Assembly: GCF_963921235.1 (NCBI RefSeq)
Contig: NC_086106.1
Span: forward strand, 23,994,001-24,058,000
From: Mobula hypostoma
Lineage: Eukaryota
Direction: 5' to 3'
Length of the DNA stretch: 64,000 nt
Positions 28,021 to 41,199 of the stretch are shown here, piece after piece (the first letter of the stretch is position 1; each line of letters starts with the position of its first letter). A program made the translations under genes and the position numbers. The notes under the pieces were generated by a model. That model was not told the origin of the DNA and searched no databases. It saw nothing but the letters and a program-made list of their open reading frames with translations.

Positions 28021-28799
28021 TCTGCTGACTTTCTGTGATTCCTTAATATACCATCTACTTCAGCAGCGTCTGGCACTCACTCTAATCTGAGGGAACTCAT
28101 CCCTGTCCATTACTTGTGCCTCCGAGCTACTCAGGTCCCCACGTCACTTGGTTGAGATTACCTTCGTACCCAGTTATTTTGAGTCCAGTCTCCCGTCAGT
28201 TTCAAATCGCATACCTACCGAACACCACCACTCCACCCCCCTCTCGCCGTTTCACCCGTCTCAGCAAGAGTAGAGTTGCTAAGCTCTACGTCAATTTCTG
28301 GGTACTTTACGATGGGCAGCTTATACCACAAACGCTATCCTTCATCTTCCGAGTCCGTACTATAGTCAGGGGTGCGGTCCACTCTAACCCTACCCGTTCC
28401 AGCTGCGTCGGTAGCCCACTTAATCCCGTCACTTCTTGCCAGGCGTGGGGTCCATATCAGGCTCTGGGTCAACGCGTACTGCTTGTCCGAGAAAAAAGTT
28501 GGTTCCGATGGAGAATCTCAATTGACCTATTCCTATCTTCTATTTTCACCGGGAAAACCAGTAGGTTAGGCATCTGACTCTGCATTACCTATCGCACAGC
28601 TGCCCAGCGAGCACCCAACTTATACTTACCAGGTGGCCCCAAATTGACTTGAACTTACTTTATTACTTTTATCCTTCATAAACATGAAGAGTAGAATTTT
28701 TTTTTTTACTTTACATCTCCGTCTAAATTTACAATTTGCAATTTACAGTAATTTGGAAATAAATAGTACGTACAACAGGACTGTCAATATTACACAGTA

Positions 28800-29400
28800 A
28801 TACAATTATATCAGCATGAAATAATCAGTCTGATATCCTGGTGAATTAAATTGTCCGCAGAGCCTTTTCGTCCGAGTGTTCATGCTGCTGTACAGTTTCT
28901 GGGATGGTTGCAGCTGGCACAGTTTGGTGTTGGGGTGAATCAGGCCCCCAATTCACATCTGCGCTACACAAGATCCAGCGACACAAGGCAAGGCGAAGGC
29001 CGAGAACTCTGAGCTTTTTATGGAGGCTGGAGGGAATTATGGTGGTGAACGCCGAACTGTATTCCAAGCACTGTATTCTCACATGACCATTTTTCTTCTC
29101 TATATGTGTCAGGACGGTGTGTAGAGCTATGGCTAATGTGTCGGTTGTCGATCGGTTGTGAGGGTAGGTAAATTCTATGGGTCTAGCATGGTTGACAATA
29201 TACTGCAGATGAGTCCTTAAACAACATCTCAAAGCATTTGCTTATTATTGAGGTGCGTGCGACAGGACACAGGACACAAGCCCTCATATATGTTGCGTTG
29301 GTCTTTCTAAGTGCCGGAAGAATGGTGATGTTTTAAAGCTGGAGGACCCTTATAACTGGGAGACGCAGAGGTTAAAAATGTGTGTAAACAAACGTGCTAG
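28800..29400 (-). mobile_element. Rex1/Babar-like LINE RT fragment
   Basis: RSTTDTLAIALHTVLTHIEKKNGHVRIQCLEYSSAFTTIIPSSLHKKL. Confidence 0.85.
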
Positions 29401-29599
29401 CTGTTATAAATCCATTAGAAGCGCTCGGTCTCTGGCCATTAGTTGGGAGAACCTAACCTGTTGATTAAACGTCCTCTTACTTCCCTGATTCTGCTTGGTG
29501 GCCGAGACCTCAGGTAGTTCATAAGCTTTCTTCCTCTCATATCAGACTCACACTTCACATAAGATATCTGTTGTAGATCTTCACCACCAGTGCTAAAAC

Positions 29600-31000
29600 A
29601 GAGGTAACGCGCCCAAACACCAGATGATATCGCTCGTGGCCGGTAGCTTCATTCTGTGTACAGTTGTAGCAGTGGACCAGATAGCTTATATATTGAGTTC
29701 ACTTGTTCTTTTAAAGGATTTCCAAGGTTCTGAGCATGTCTAACAAGATCTGATTGTACCGCTTGGCCTTAGTTCCAAGCATACTCAATAATTCATGCAT
29801 GATCCTACACTCGAAATTACGGCAAAAAACAAACGAAATACTTCTTCCACAACACTGACTACGGTGGACGCCTTCTGATCCAAGACAGGGAAGGCTTGTG
29901 CATATCTGGTGTAGTGTAGTGATTTGTAACAAACAAGACATTCATTATACTTCTGGCATCAGACTCTATTGAGAGAAAATCCATACACAGCACATCAAGT
30001 GGCCCCGTATGCTGCAACTGAGACAGAGGATGGGCCTCGTAGGCAGTGTCTTCCTCTTGAAACATCGAATACACGTCTTACTGAGCTCTTCGAGCTCCGG
30101 CTTCGTTCGCAGTAAGGAGAATCGATATCTGAGCAGACCATAGCCCTGCTCAGTTTCCCTGCCGGAATTATCGTGAATGGACGTCAGCTTAGTCTTCCAA
30201 TACTTCTCAGGCAGAACTATCTGGTAACTCCGTGGTCGGTCTGGAGGAGACAATGCCGGTATAGAACCTGGTTCCTCAACTCCAATATGGACCGTTCTCT
30301 CAGTAATGCAGACACCGCAGAGTGTTTCATAATGTCTGCTTGGGTAGTTTCGCTTTTCGCTTCGCGTGCAGGTCTGGAACTGCACGCCTGTTCAGCGTCC
30401 GAAAATCCACACACATCTGTACCTAGGCATTCTTCTTTATCCCCACCACTAGTGGAGATACAAAAGATATTTCTGTACCCAGTGATGAGTCCAGATTCCT
30501 TCAACTTTCTCATATGCTGCCGAACGTCAGCCCCGTCCGCAGGCACCGGTCGCCCCCACCATTCCCTGAATGGGGTACTCTTTGTCGCCCGGGTGGTTAG
30601 CGAGTGGTCTCAGAACTACCCACATCAAACTCATGAGCAGACAATACATCTTCCAGCTTCATCACCTTATCTTATAACCTCTTATTCCAACCTTCAGGTA
30701 CCGGGGAATTGGGAAAGTTGAATGACTCGGCAGTCATCTACCCCTTTTTTTGGGAAAGAGCTTCTCTCGGGCATGTCTCGCATGGACACCAGACATTACC
30801 GTCTCCCACGCATGAAGGAGATCTCCCTATCTGATATTTTTTTCTCTCCCAGACAATCACTGTCATCCTGTTAACCTGTAGAACCGAGGTGTACTTCAGT
30901 TCGGGCCTTAACAGTATACCTGCAGGAAAGCATGACTCCTCTTTGTGCTCTTCCAGAGTATCAATAAAACAGGAGCTCGGCATCATGCCTTCCTGGAATT
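29600..31000 (-). mobile_element. Ty3/Gypsy pol (integrase) fragment, decayed
   Basis: HDNSG...CIRCFKRKTLP (HHCC-like), PLDVLCMDFLSIESD...NVLFVTNHYT and LRERSILELRNQVLYRH. Confidence 0.85.
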
Positions 31001-32619
31001 GGATTATTGATTTATTTATTTATTTATTTCCGTCACTCTAGTTGATTACCCAGGCCGTAACTCGAGTGGATTGGACTGGGCGTACAAGCCGTCGGTTATG
31101 ATCACCCACCAGGCCTGAGCGCCCATGCGCTTCCTTAAATACAGGTCGGAGTACAGGGTGAATAGACAATGTTTTCAGAATGCTCTCTCCAACTTTCCTC
31201 TTGCAGGTTCACATGTGCCTCCCTAGCATACCTACAGTAAAGGATCAAAGACCTCGGTTACTTCCATACCTGCCTCCAAAAAAAATCCAGCATCAACGGA
31301 AAGAAACCATCATACGGATAGTCATCCGAGCTAATACTCCAGATCTCTCGCGCACTGATTTGCGTCAATGGTAAATGCTTCAAAATACAGTTTGTAAACA
31401 AGCCGAAAGTTATCGAGCTACACTTCCAGTTATACAGTTTCTAAAGATATGCATTTGAATGGACCTGGCGCAGATGTAGCCATCGTAGCGACTGGAAGTC
31501 TCCTGAAAGTCCCACAGCTGACACTCAGAACGAAACACCGGCTCAGTAAACATGCAGCTGAATAATAACTAAGGCATGCGATTACAATGACTCCGCCTGA
31601 ACTAAAATAACCCTTGTTAAGCCAAAACTTTACTATACTGCGTCAGACTATTCCTACGACGACCTCTCCCACGATTACTAGTTCTCTAGGCGGTAACTCT
31701 CTTTTATAGTAACTGGATTCTACGTCGAAAATCTTTGTAGAACATGCTTGGGAATGCTCCGGTTGCGTCAGTGCAGCACTCCAATCAACGAGTCCCGTCG
31801 AGAAAATGCTGTTATTTTTAATCTATTTCTCCGTCCTGCTTGGTAACGCTCCAATTTTGTCTGCTCAATACTCCACTGAACTTCCTGAATTAGAAACATA
31901 GAAATATAGATAAGCTACAGAGCAATACCGGCACATCGACCCATAATGCTGTGCCGAACATACACTTTCATTAGAATTACCCATAGCCCTCGCATTAGGG
32001 TTATATAAGTTCCATAGGGCAGATGTCTGCAGAGATCGAATGCTGACGCCAGTTTTGTATCAGTTAAAGAAGGTTCGCACCCACCAATGAGATGCAAGCT
32101 TTATGCATAGGAATATTGTGATTCATGCGATCAGTTTAGCATAGCCCCTCGATGGCACGTCACGATTTCTTCAGCTCCTTAACATTGCTGAGGGTCAATG
32201 TTCTACTGTTGCGTTGGCATGTTGTTAGGTAACATTCCGACAAGTTTGCAATTCATTGCAAAGTATTGTTCGGAACAGTGCTTTAGACAAGTGACAATCT
32301 AATCTTTCAGTATTACCTTGATTTTCCAGATGACATCGATGGGGATTATGCCATTTGAAATACCATTTTGATCAGCAACATTATACTTACTCTATCTCTC
32401 ACCCGTGCCTACCAAAGAGCTCGTTACATTTTCAATAAACTCTGTTAAAATGTTTCTGTATTTGCCGTTTCTTGACACTGCATGGTCTTAAAAGATGCAA
32501 TCAGAAGTTATGCCTCAACGGAGCGTTTGACCATCGTTAGCATTATGAACACGTGAAATATCTTGTAGAACTGTGATATTCCCGGTATCCTCTTTTTTTA
32601 AAATATAATTTCTCATTAA

Positions 32620-33790
32620 GCCATAGAACCATAGAAACCACAACACAGAAACAGTCCTTTTGACCCTTCTTGGCTGTGCCGAACCATTTTCTGCCCAGTC
32701 CCACTGACCTGCACACGGACCATATCCCTCCATACACCTCTCATCCATGTGTCGGTCCAATTTATTCTTAAATGTTAAAAAAGAACCCGCATTTACCACC
32801 TCGTCTGGCAGCTCATTCCATACTCCTACCACTCTCTGTGTGAAGAAGGCCCACCTAATGTTCCCTTTAAACTTTACCCTCCTCACCCTTAAACCATGTC
32901 CTCTGTTTTTTTCCTCCCCTTGCCTCAGTGGAAAAAGCCTGCTTGCATTCACTCTACCTATGCCCATCATAATTTTATATACCTCTATCAAATCTCCCCT
33001 CATTCTTCTACGCTCCAGGGAATAAAGTCCTAACCTATTCAACCTTTCTCTGTAACTGAGTTTCTCAAGTCCCGGCAACATCCTTGTAAACCTTCTCTGT
33101 ACCCTTTCAACCTTATTTATATCCTTCCTGTAATTTGGTGACCAAAACTGAACACAATACTCCAGATTCGGCCTCACCAATGCCTTATACAACCTCATCA
33201 TAACATTCCTGCTCTTATACTCAGTACTTCGATTAATAAAGGCCAATGTACCAAAAGCTCTCTTTACGACCCTATCTACCTGTGACGGCACTTTTAGGGA
33301 ATTTTGTATCTGTATTCCCAGATCCCTCTGTTCCACTGCACTCCTCAGTGCCTTACCATTAACCATGTATGTTCTACGTTGGTTTGTCCTTCCAACGTGC
33401 AATACCTCACACTTGTCTGCATTAAACTCCATCTGCTATTTTTCAGCCCATATTTGCAGCTGGTCCAAGTCCCTCTGCAGGCTCTGAAAACCTTCCTCAC
33501 TGTCTACTGCACCTCCAAACTTTGTATCATCTGCAAATGTGCTGATCCAATTTACCACATTATCATCCAGATCATTGATATAGATGACAAATAACAATGG
33601 ACACAGCACTGATCCCTGTGGCACACCACTAGTCACAGGCCTCCACTCGGAGAAGCAATTCTCTACCACCACTCTTTGGTTTCTTCCATTGAGCCAATGT
33701 CTGATCCAATTTACCACCTCTCCATGTACACCTAGCGACTGATTTTTCCTAACTAACCTCCCGTGCGGGATCTTGTCAAAGTCTCCTTCT
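32620..33790 (-). mobile_element. 5'-truncated CR1 LINE with relatively well preserved RT C-terminus
   Basis: ORFs 33436-33717 (GVPQGSVLCPLLFVIYINDLD, TFADDTKF) and 32515-33432 (VRPNLEYCVQFWSP); catagaaccatagaaacca tail. Absent from the paralogous cassette near 51.5 kb. Confidence 0.95.
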
Positions 33791-34866
33791 CCGACCTAGC
33801 TTGAAGAATGGGGTGGCGAAGACTCAATGGAAAATTCAGAGTTCGAATCTACGCCAACACAATCACTACACCATATTGACACCATTAGGCATCAGACCAC
33901 TGTGTAAATTACTTATTTCAAATATCCATGGCTGAATTATAAAACATCAAATAAAGATTTCATGGGACAATTATATGCAACGTTACAGACACACTGAATT
34001 TAGAGTGAACTACTAATTTAAAAAAAAAATCTGCTGACACTTGCGATCCAGTTCTGGCAAGAAGAAGGCACCATTGGTATAATCTGAATTGTCTCTTCAC
34101 ACATGGATTCATAAAGCTGTTAGCTCGATTAGAAGATTTCGAAAAGGTATAAAATTGGGTCTACGTGCCTGCAACGACTCGATGTGTAAACTAAACACAC
34201 TGAAGTATATAAATAAGACGGCACAATCTCAATATCGTAGAGAGAGTAAACAACATTTGCAATGCTTGCACAGACTTGATACAAACAGAACAGGGTGTAG
34301 TGTTAATTTGCGAGGAAGCAAGTTAAAGAAATACTGCACAGTGAGTGTTTCTTTAATCTGCAATGAACGTGGTTTATATCTCAAACTCGCAGTCACAGAG
34401 CGTGAAACAAAGTGGGGCAATTTCTGTAGTTTAGCTGGTTAATTTGGAAAAGGAAAGAGGGCTTATACAGTACATAGGAAGATGGAGTTTGGATAGAATG
34501 ATATAAACAAGCCAAATTTGTCATGATGGGCTGAACTTATTGTTTCTTTGCGGTAGATTGTTTGGACTCTGAGACTCTTATGAAATTTTGTTTGAGGTTC
34601 ACTTACATACAATGAAAAATTCAAACAATCTGAAGCCGACACAGAATGAACTAGAACCTCGTCTGTACAGTTTGTCTCTTGAACATAGTCTGCGATGGCT
34701 GATTTTACTCCAAGAGACGACACCGACGTCTTTGCTTTGGACCTTACAAAAAGAAAGAGAAAAAAAATAAAACACATCTCCATTATTTCGAACGACTTTT
34801 GCCTTTAAATTTTATATGCAGCTGAATCTTTATGAACTGAGCAGGTAAGCTATATCCGGTCTCGCA

Positions 34867-34925
34867 CAATCTGCGAACTTTCAGTTGATTGGCTGTGCTG
34901 AGAACAAAGAAGTAGTACAGGATTG
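34867..34925 (+). promoter_or_regulatory. Candidate V-gene promoter block, conserved with 52642-52700
   Basis: caatctgcgaactttcagttgattggctgtgctgagaacaaag...gtacaggattg, about 200 bp upstream of the ATG and nearly identical in the paralog. Contains an E-box (cagttg), inverted CCAAT (attgg) and TCF/LEF/SOX-like aacaaag. Confidence 0.45.
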
Positions 34926-35088
34926 TACATGTGTTAATTGGGTGACTTGGGGGAGCAAATAACTTTATGCAACGTGGATGAGACCAATGGTCTCTTAACA
35001 AACAAGACCGCTCTCTTTACAAACACTGATATAACTTCCTTGAGAATAAGTAGTTTCAGCACAAATCCACAGTGAACAGATCGCAGAC

Positions 35089-35949
35089 ATGCTCGTCCAT
35101 TATTTGTTTATTATTGCAGCAGCGCTCCTGATCGGTAAGTGTTTCCAACATTATCATCATCGGGAAGTTTCTCTGACCGTGCAGAACAAAATAATTTATC
35201 AGAATACCAGTAATGCAATATTGACCATGACAAGAAAGGATTTAAGGTTGCGAAAGTAATATGAATACAAATCTCCTGAGGCAATCGGCAATAGAGATAT
35301 AGAGAACAGGCAATAGAAGAGGCAATAGGATGTTTGATGTGTATTTCCAGGCAAAAAAAAACAGGCCAATAGCTTCAGATTTTGGTGGGGAAGCATTGCC
35401 TTTGTTTTCCTTCTGAGCTGGAATGGGGACCAGAACTCGCTATTGAAGGCATTTGGAAGTTTTCTCAATACGTTAGTTTCATTCAGCCTGCTAATTCATA
35501 CAAGCGCAATACTTCTACCTCAACTTGTAACACGCACTCCTCGTCCCCAGACATACAAAGGGACCAGGGGATGCTACGTTGGTATGCGAGTTGAATATTG
35601 ATATTATTTGACTAAAATTTTGAAATTATTTTAGGTCTGTAACAGGATATTGCCGAGGTGATGACGTTTATCAGTCACCTGCTGTCACTACAGTCGCGGA
35701 AGGGGAAGTTGCAGTGTTAAATTGTAACTATACAACAACAAGAGCGAGTCCCGAATTATTCTGGTACCGTCGGTATCCTGGAGGTTCCCTAAAGTTTCTG
35801 TTGCACCTTACGAAATTCGTCAGCCCCCGAGAGAATATTCTCCTACAACGGTTCACGGCAGAGTTGAATGTTTCAAGTAGAACGGTCCCACTGACAATAT
35901 CCGAAGCACATCTAGAAGACACTGCAATGTACTACTGTGCTCTGAGTCC
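35089..35949 (+). CDS. TRAV/DV: T-cell receptor alpha/delta-type variable gene segment, apparently functional (leader exon 35089-35134, V exon 35646-35949)
   Basis: Leader MLVHYLFIIAAALLI(G) with phase-1 gtaagt donor and aacag acceptor. Spliced product GYCRG|DDVYQSPAVTTVAEGEVAVLNCNYTTTRASPELFWYRRYPGGSLKFLLHLTKFVSPRENILLQRFTAELNVSSRTVPLTISEAHLEDTAMYYCALS has both Cys, WY and DTAMYYC, no stops, and is followed by an RSS. Symbol is family-level only. Confidence 0.92.
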
Positions 35950-35988
35950 CACAGGGGTACAGAATTACTCTGAACCTGTACAATAACT
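35950..35988 (+). other. Recombination signal sequence, 23-bp spacer
   Basis: CACAGGG (35950-35956) + 23 nt + ACAATAACT (35980-35988), directly after the V exon. Confidence 0.9.
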
Positions 35989-38089
35989 ACTTGCGTTCTC
36001 TAGTGGCAGCTGAGTATAGCCGCTGCTCTCTGAGCACCGGCAGGCCCTTGATCGACTCTATATGCACTCAAATAACAATATATTTCCTGAGATTATTATG
36101 CAGCTGATTGAATCGCCTTAAGCACGTGACTCCTCAATCTGTTCCAATGGGCATCCGGCCACCAAATTTCCGTCCGTAGTCATTCACACGACAATAGAAA
36201 CAATAACCTCTCATTGTTGTTTTTCTTCCCTTCACAATATTTTGAAAAAATGCTTATTTCCCATTGCGGTGGATGCTAGTTATGTTCCAGTATCTACTAC
36301 TGTAATGAAATCTCACGGTTTCCGCAATTTATTATTAATTCAATTTATTAACATGGCAATTTGTGCATTTGTTTTTACTTCTGAATATCCTTTCAGAGCT
36401 ATATCGCCGCACAATTCTGGAGTAGAAGGTGACTGCAATCTAATATTGACGGAATGTTAATCACGATCTCCAATAGGAGGGAAGCTCAAATAGTTGCTTG
36501 CTGCCGCTTACGGGCCAGAGGGAGGGGAGCTGGAGGAGACTTTGGGGTTCTCGCATTTAACTATCATTCATTCTTGGAGGACCCTCTTCTATTTTCATGG
36601 TTAGTTGCGAAGAAAAAGCATTTCAGGATGCATATTGTATACATTTCCCTGACTTTAACCGTACCTTTGAAACATTTGAATTAACAAGTAGATTGGTGCA
36701 CTGGTACTGGACGAAATTGAATTTTTATTTGCAGCTCATCCTTGATAGTACTACTGAACCTGTCGAGGAGGATGTAGTTTACAGAGCAAGAGTTACTTCT
36801 TCTATGCTTACAATTGCACGGCTGACATCTCACTTTTCAGAAAATAACATTGACATCACTCATAATACCATTCAAAAGGAGTTTGACTGGCGAGTAACAG
36901 AAGCATCGGAGAAAATTTAACGGGAAATGGGCAACATGAACACAGAACTTTTTTTTTTCTTGATACATTATAGGTTAAGGGGAAGGCCTGCCATAGTGTC
37001 ATTCATGTGAGTAGTCGAAATATAGTGCAATGTATACTTTCATATTCTATGCAGAGTTCGTGCTACAATTATATTACATATTATATAAATTAACTTTTTT
37101 CTTCGGGTTATCGGGTAGTTTATCGTATGGACCTTGACTACTACGATTTCTAAAGAGTGCTCTGGTGCTTTAACAACAATACATTTCAGTAAAATTATTT
37201 TCCACAATATCACCACGATATTGTACTCGGCTTAGTGAAGTTGTTTTGTCACATGAATTAGAGCTCGATAGCTAAATTAATGTGCACGGTATTTGCAAAT
37301 TGTTGGCTAACATAAAGTCGGTAAACCATGTGCTTTATGTTGAAGAGTGTCCATTTATTTTGAGTAGCACTGTTTTCCGCTTTCCGTGTTTATTTAAAGT
37401 GGAATTCAACGAGAGCTGATTGTAAACACCCTTTGTTTCGACAATGATTCAACTCCCGGTTTTGCTCGGTCTAGCCACTGATAATCTGTCGGAATTTCCT
37501 TCAAATGATCTCTTGCTCCAGTGTCTACATGTGAGATTGTTTGTTTTCCCCAATGGCGGCAGTCATTTCTCAGCGCACACTGTGATCGTAAAAATGTGAT
37601 ATGAATAAAAAAAAAAATAATTTTGTTCGGGGAAGGGGATTATTAACTAAAGTCGTTTTCCCTGGGGGAATGTTGACAATGTTAACTTCTGTAATCTTAC
37701 CTGTGGATGGGAGTTATTGTTTTATGTCCCTTTCATGCCTCAACCATGGCCATCAGTTTCATCAAGGCAAGCTGTAGTTAGATTCATGAGTAGCTCAAGT
37801 GAGCATAACGACGTTGTAGTATCAAACAGATAGGGAAAAATGTTACAGAGATTAGTTTAGTTTAAGCATGTGATTGAGTTTGAAGAACGATGACTGCACA
37901 TGGCTGAACAATTACGTTTGAAAGTACATAATTAATAAACTTAATGTAGAAGTCAGCTGTTTTAATTCGTTATACCTGGTGTAATACTAACCGAATATGA
38001 TCAATGTGAGCAGCGTTGACGTTACAGTAACCGTGTCTGTACGAGGATCAACATAAGATGGTTAATTTAATTGAAGCCGGAAGGTGAAA

Positions 38090-38240
38090 TCTCAGTCCTT
38101 GGAGCTCTGTGCAATGTGGCCATTAATGCCTTCTAAGCGGTGTCTCAGAATGGCAGCATCCATTATTAAGGACCTCAAGCACCCACAGGATGCCCTTTTC
38201 ACACTGTTACCATCAGGTAGGAGGTACAGAGGCCTCATCG
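38090..38240 (+). mobile_element. Rex1/Babar-like 3' fragment
   Basis: KRCLRMAASIIKDLKHPQDALFTLLPSGRRYR. Confidence 0.75.
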
Positions 38241-38339
38241 ATTCAAGAGCAGTTTTTTTGTTTACTCTGCAATCGATGTCTAAATGGACATTTGAGCTTT
38301 GGAGACTAACATCAGTTTTTTTTATATATTTTATATTTT

Positions 38340-38960
38340 TTTTCTTTTTCAATATATTTATTAATTTTCTACATAGGAGAATACAGAGTTCAAGAAAAGA
38401 GAACTATATAAATACATTATACAGAATCGCACATACAAACTCCTTACTCTATATTCATACAAATTGATTATTTCGTAACATTCAGAAATAATAAATTTAT
38501 TTATGGAAAAAAAATCTAAACCACTACCAAGACGGATACTGATTAGTAATGAAGAAAAAGGAAATATATATATATATAACATAAGCCACCATGCGTGCTT
38601 ATTGGCAAATCAAAGGTTTTGAAAATAGCTCTTAAAAAGCCCCCACAATGTTTGAACGCCTTGATTAAATTCAGAAATTGAACACCGAATCTTCTCCACA
38701 TATAAGCATGGCATGACATCCCGCAGCCATTGAATGTGAGTGGGCGGGACCACGTCATTCCATTTAAGGAAAAGCACCCTCCTAGCCATAGGAGAAATAA
38801 AAGCTAAAATGTGGAAATCAGATTTCTCCAAGATAATATCCTTTCCTCCAACAATAACAAATTAAGCAATCAAAGGATTAACCTTAAAATTTACTTAAAA
38901 AAAAAGTACCGAGAGGGTTTGAAATACTTCTTTCCAATATTTTCCAAAACCCGGACATGT
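38340..38960 (-). mobile_element. L1/Tx1-like LINE 3' fragment
   Basis: ILAFISPMARRVLFLKWNDVVPPTHIQWLRDVMPCLYVEKIR...WGLFKSYF resembles the fish L1-clade ORF2 C-terminus; A-rich tail on the - strand. Confidence 0.7.
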
Positions 38961-41199
38961 CCAAAACGTATGAATAAGTGAAGCTTCTCCATTATTACTT
39001 TTAAAACATAAAGTATTTCCGTTTTTTGCATGTTTTGCCTGTTCAAAATGCGTAATTAATATACTTGTTTATTTATTATTCTGTTGTATAGTTTTTATTA
39101 TTTTTTTACTCTGCCTGATTCTGTATAGCATTAAACAGCTGTTACTAAGTTAACAATTTCCACACAACATGCTGGTTATAATAAGCCTTATTCTGATTCT
39201 GAATTCTTAACAAAAAATATGTAAAATACGTTAAAGATAGTAGAACAAAGTGGAAAAAGGCGGACAATAATGGAAAATATAGAGCATATAATGTGATTGC
39301 TACTTCAGGCGAAGAACATTCCAAAAATATTGCATAACATTGGTTAATAATATCTGATATGGTATACCTTCCAAATGCTATAACGACAGACGTAATTGGA
39401 AGAGCAACTGCGCCCAGTTGAAGTCTATTCAAGTTCTAGTGCGACGGAAGCAGTGAAAACGAATGAATACCGCCTGAGTCATGGTACGCAGATACACGGA
39501 AAGGTATCAGTATTATTTCACTCCGGTATGTCAGGCCATGTAATCTCTTTTAGCGTCAGATAATGGCGAAAGTCGGACGTGTTTTCTGAGATTCTTCGTT
39601 TTCTGCTGCCCCCAATGATCTCCTTGCTTTTCTGAGTGTCTCTATGGCTCATACTACAGAAACTATTACAAGTCATTTCATCATTGGTTAGATTGAGTAT
39701 ATAACGATTGGACCTCCGAATACAATCACTGAAATGGTATTACACATGGTCAATTTTAATGGGCTCTGAACCCCAAACTACCTTATCTGTATATCATTCT
39801 TTTTTTTTCCGTGGATGAGAAAAGCATTCTGAGCGCATTCAGGAATGTTGCAAAGGTTGAAATTATACTACTGTAGGGCAAACAAATATTCCAGTTAATC
39901 AGACATTGGGAAAGATTGTAGGTTGAACGGTTATTGTTCACATCCATTTTACACAAACCTGATTACTTCGCCAATTCCTCAGTTGGCTTTGTTTCCCGAT
40001 CGATCAATCCCTCACCGTTTCCATGTTCCAAAATACAACCAATTAACCTAATGATGGCAGATCCTATAAGACCGGACATAAGATACTTGCACTGAGTTGA
40101 CCATGACGCTGTATATAAGAGACAAAGAGAAAAAAAAAGTATGAGTATTGACCGGAGGGAATACTGTAGGAAAAGATTGAGATAATATTTATTTCACTGA
40201 ATATCAATATGTATTATAATTGGATGCAGCCTCTCGGACTGAGGGGAGGAAAATATCTCGCAGAGAACGTTCCAGATGTAGAATGTAATCACCGTTGTCT
40301 TTAGAGTTTAGTAAACATATTCAATCATGAGAATGTCAAAACATCAACAGTTTCATATAGGTAAAGTCTATTATTGCGAAACCGGGAAATGCTGCCTACC
40401 ACGAGCAACCTTACCACTGCTGTACATTCTGCTCAGTTTCGTCATTGCACATTATGAAAACCCATGTTTCTTTTACCTAATTGTACACTTCAAACAATTG
40501 CATTTTTTTATGTAGCTCCCTCTGGCAGCATGATATCAACCACATGCTAAAAGAATAAAAAGAAAAAAAAAACTGGGCTGCACTTCAGTTCTTCTTGAGA
40601 TATGGTTCCGATCAGCTTAAACGTACCCCTTAATGTGTATGTCAAGAATGGGCAAACAGGGGATAACATATGCTATTTATTTCGCTGATATTTTGATATA
40701 CGTTTGACCCGTTACTCTGAAGTTCCTGCGGATTCAAAGAAAAACAGTCCTCACCTCGAATCTCTCCCGGAAGCTAAATTCTCCTGATCTGGACAATATC
40801 CCAGGCAATCCAAATATTCGCTGAAAAAAAAATGAAGAAGGAGACACCGTTGGCTACGTCATCTGATGCACGTCATTCGAGCTAAGTGTTGATTTTCAAT
40901 ATACCCAAAATATCAGAAGATTTCAACTCCATAAAATGTCCTCCTTTACTCTACTGATTAATATGGACCGATGCTGAATGTGACATTCTCTCTCCCTCTC
41001 TCGTCTGTATCAAGAAACAGATAATTTGAAAGCAAAATGTTAGCACTGGGAATTTGTTCATGTGGGGTTTCAACCCTATGACATTTCAGATTATAAGGAA
41101 CTTTGTAAGTATTACAGCTTCGCTCATCGTAAACATAGTTTTAACTTGCAACATTTTTTTTCGATCAGATCCGTTCGCAGCAACAGGTTTGATGCTCTG

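Noticed and set aside
34443-34480. FGKG J-like motif (FGKGKRAYTV; paralog FGKGTNIE at ~52210)
   Set aside because: Preceded by an in-frame TAA, with no RSS upstream and no donor at the right distance. The context looks like an ancient CR1 3' end relic.
35068-35074. CACAGTG in the 5' UTR of the first V gene
   Set aside because: No nonamer at 12 or 23 spacing; the paralog has CATAGTG.
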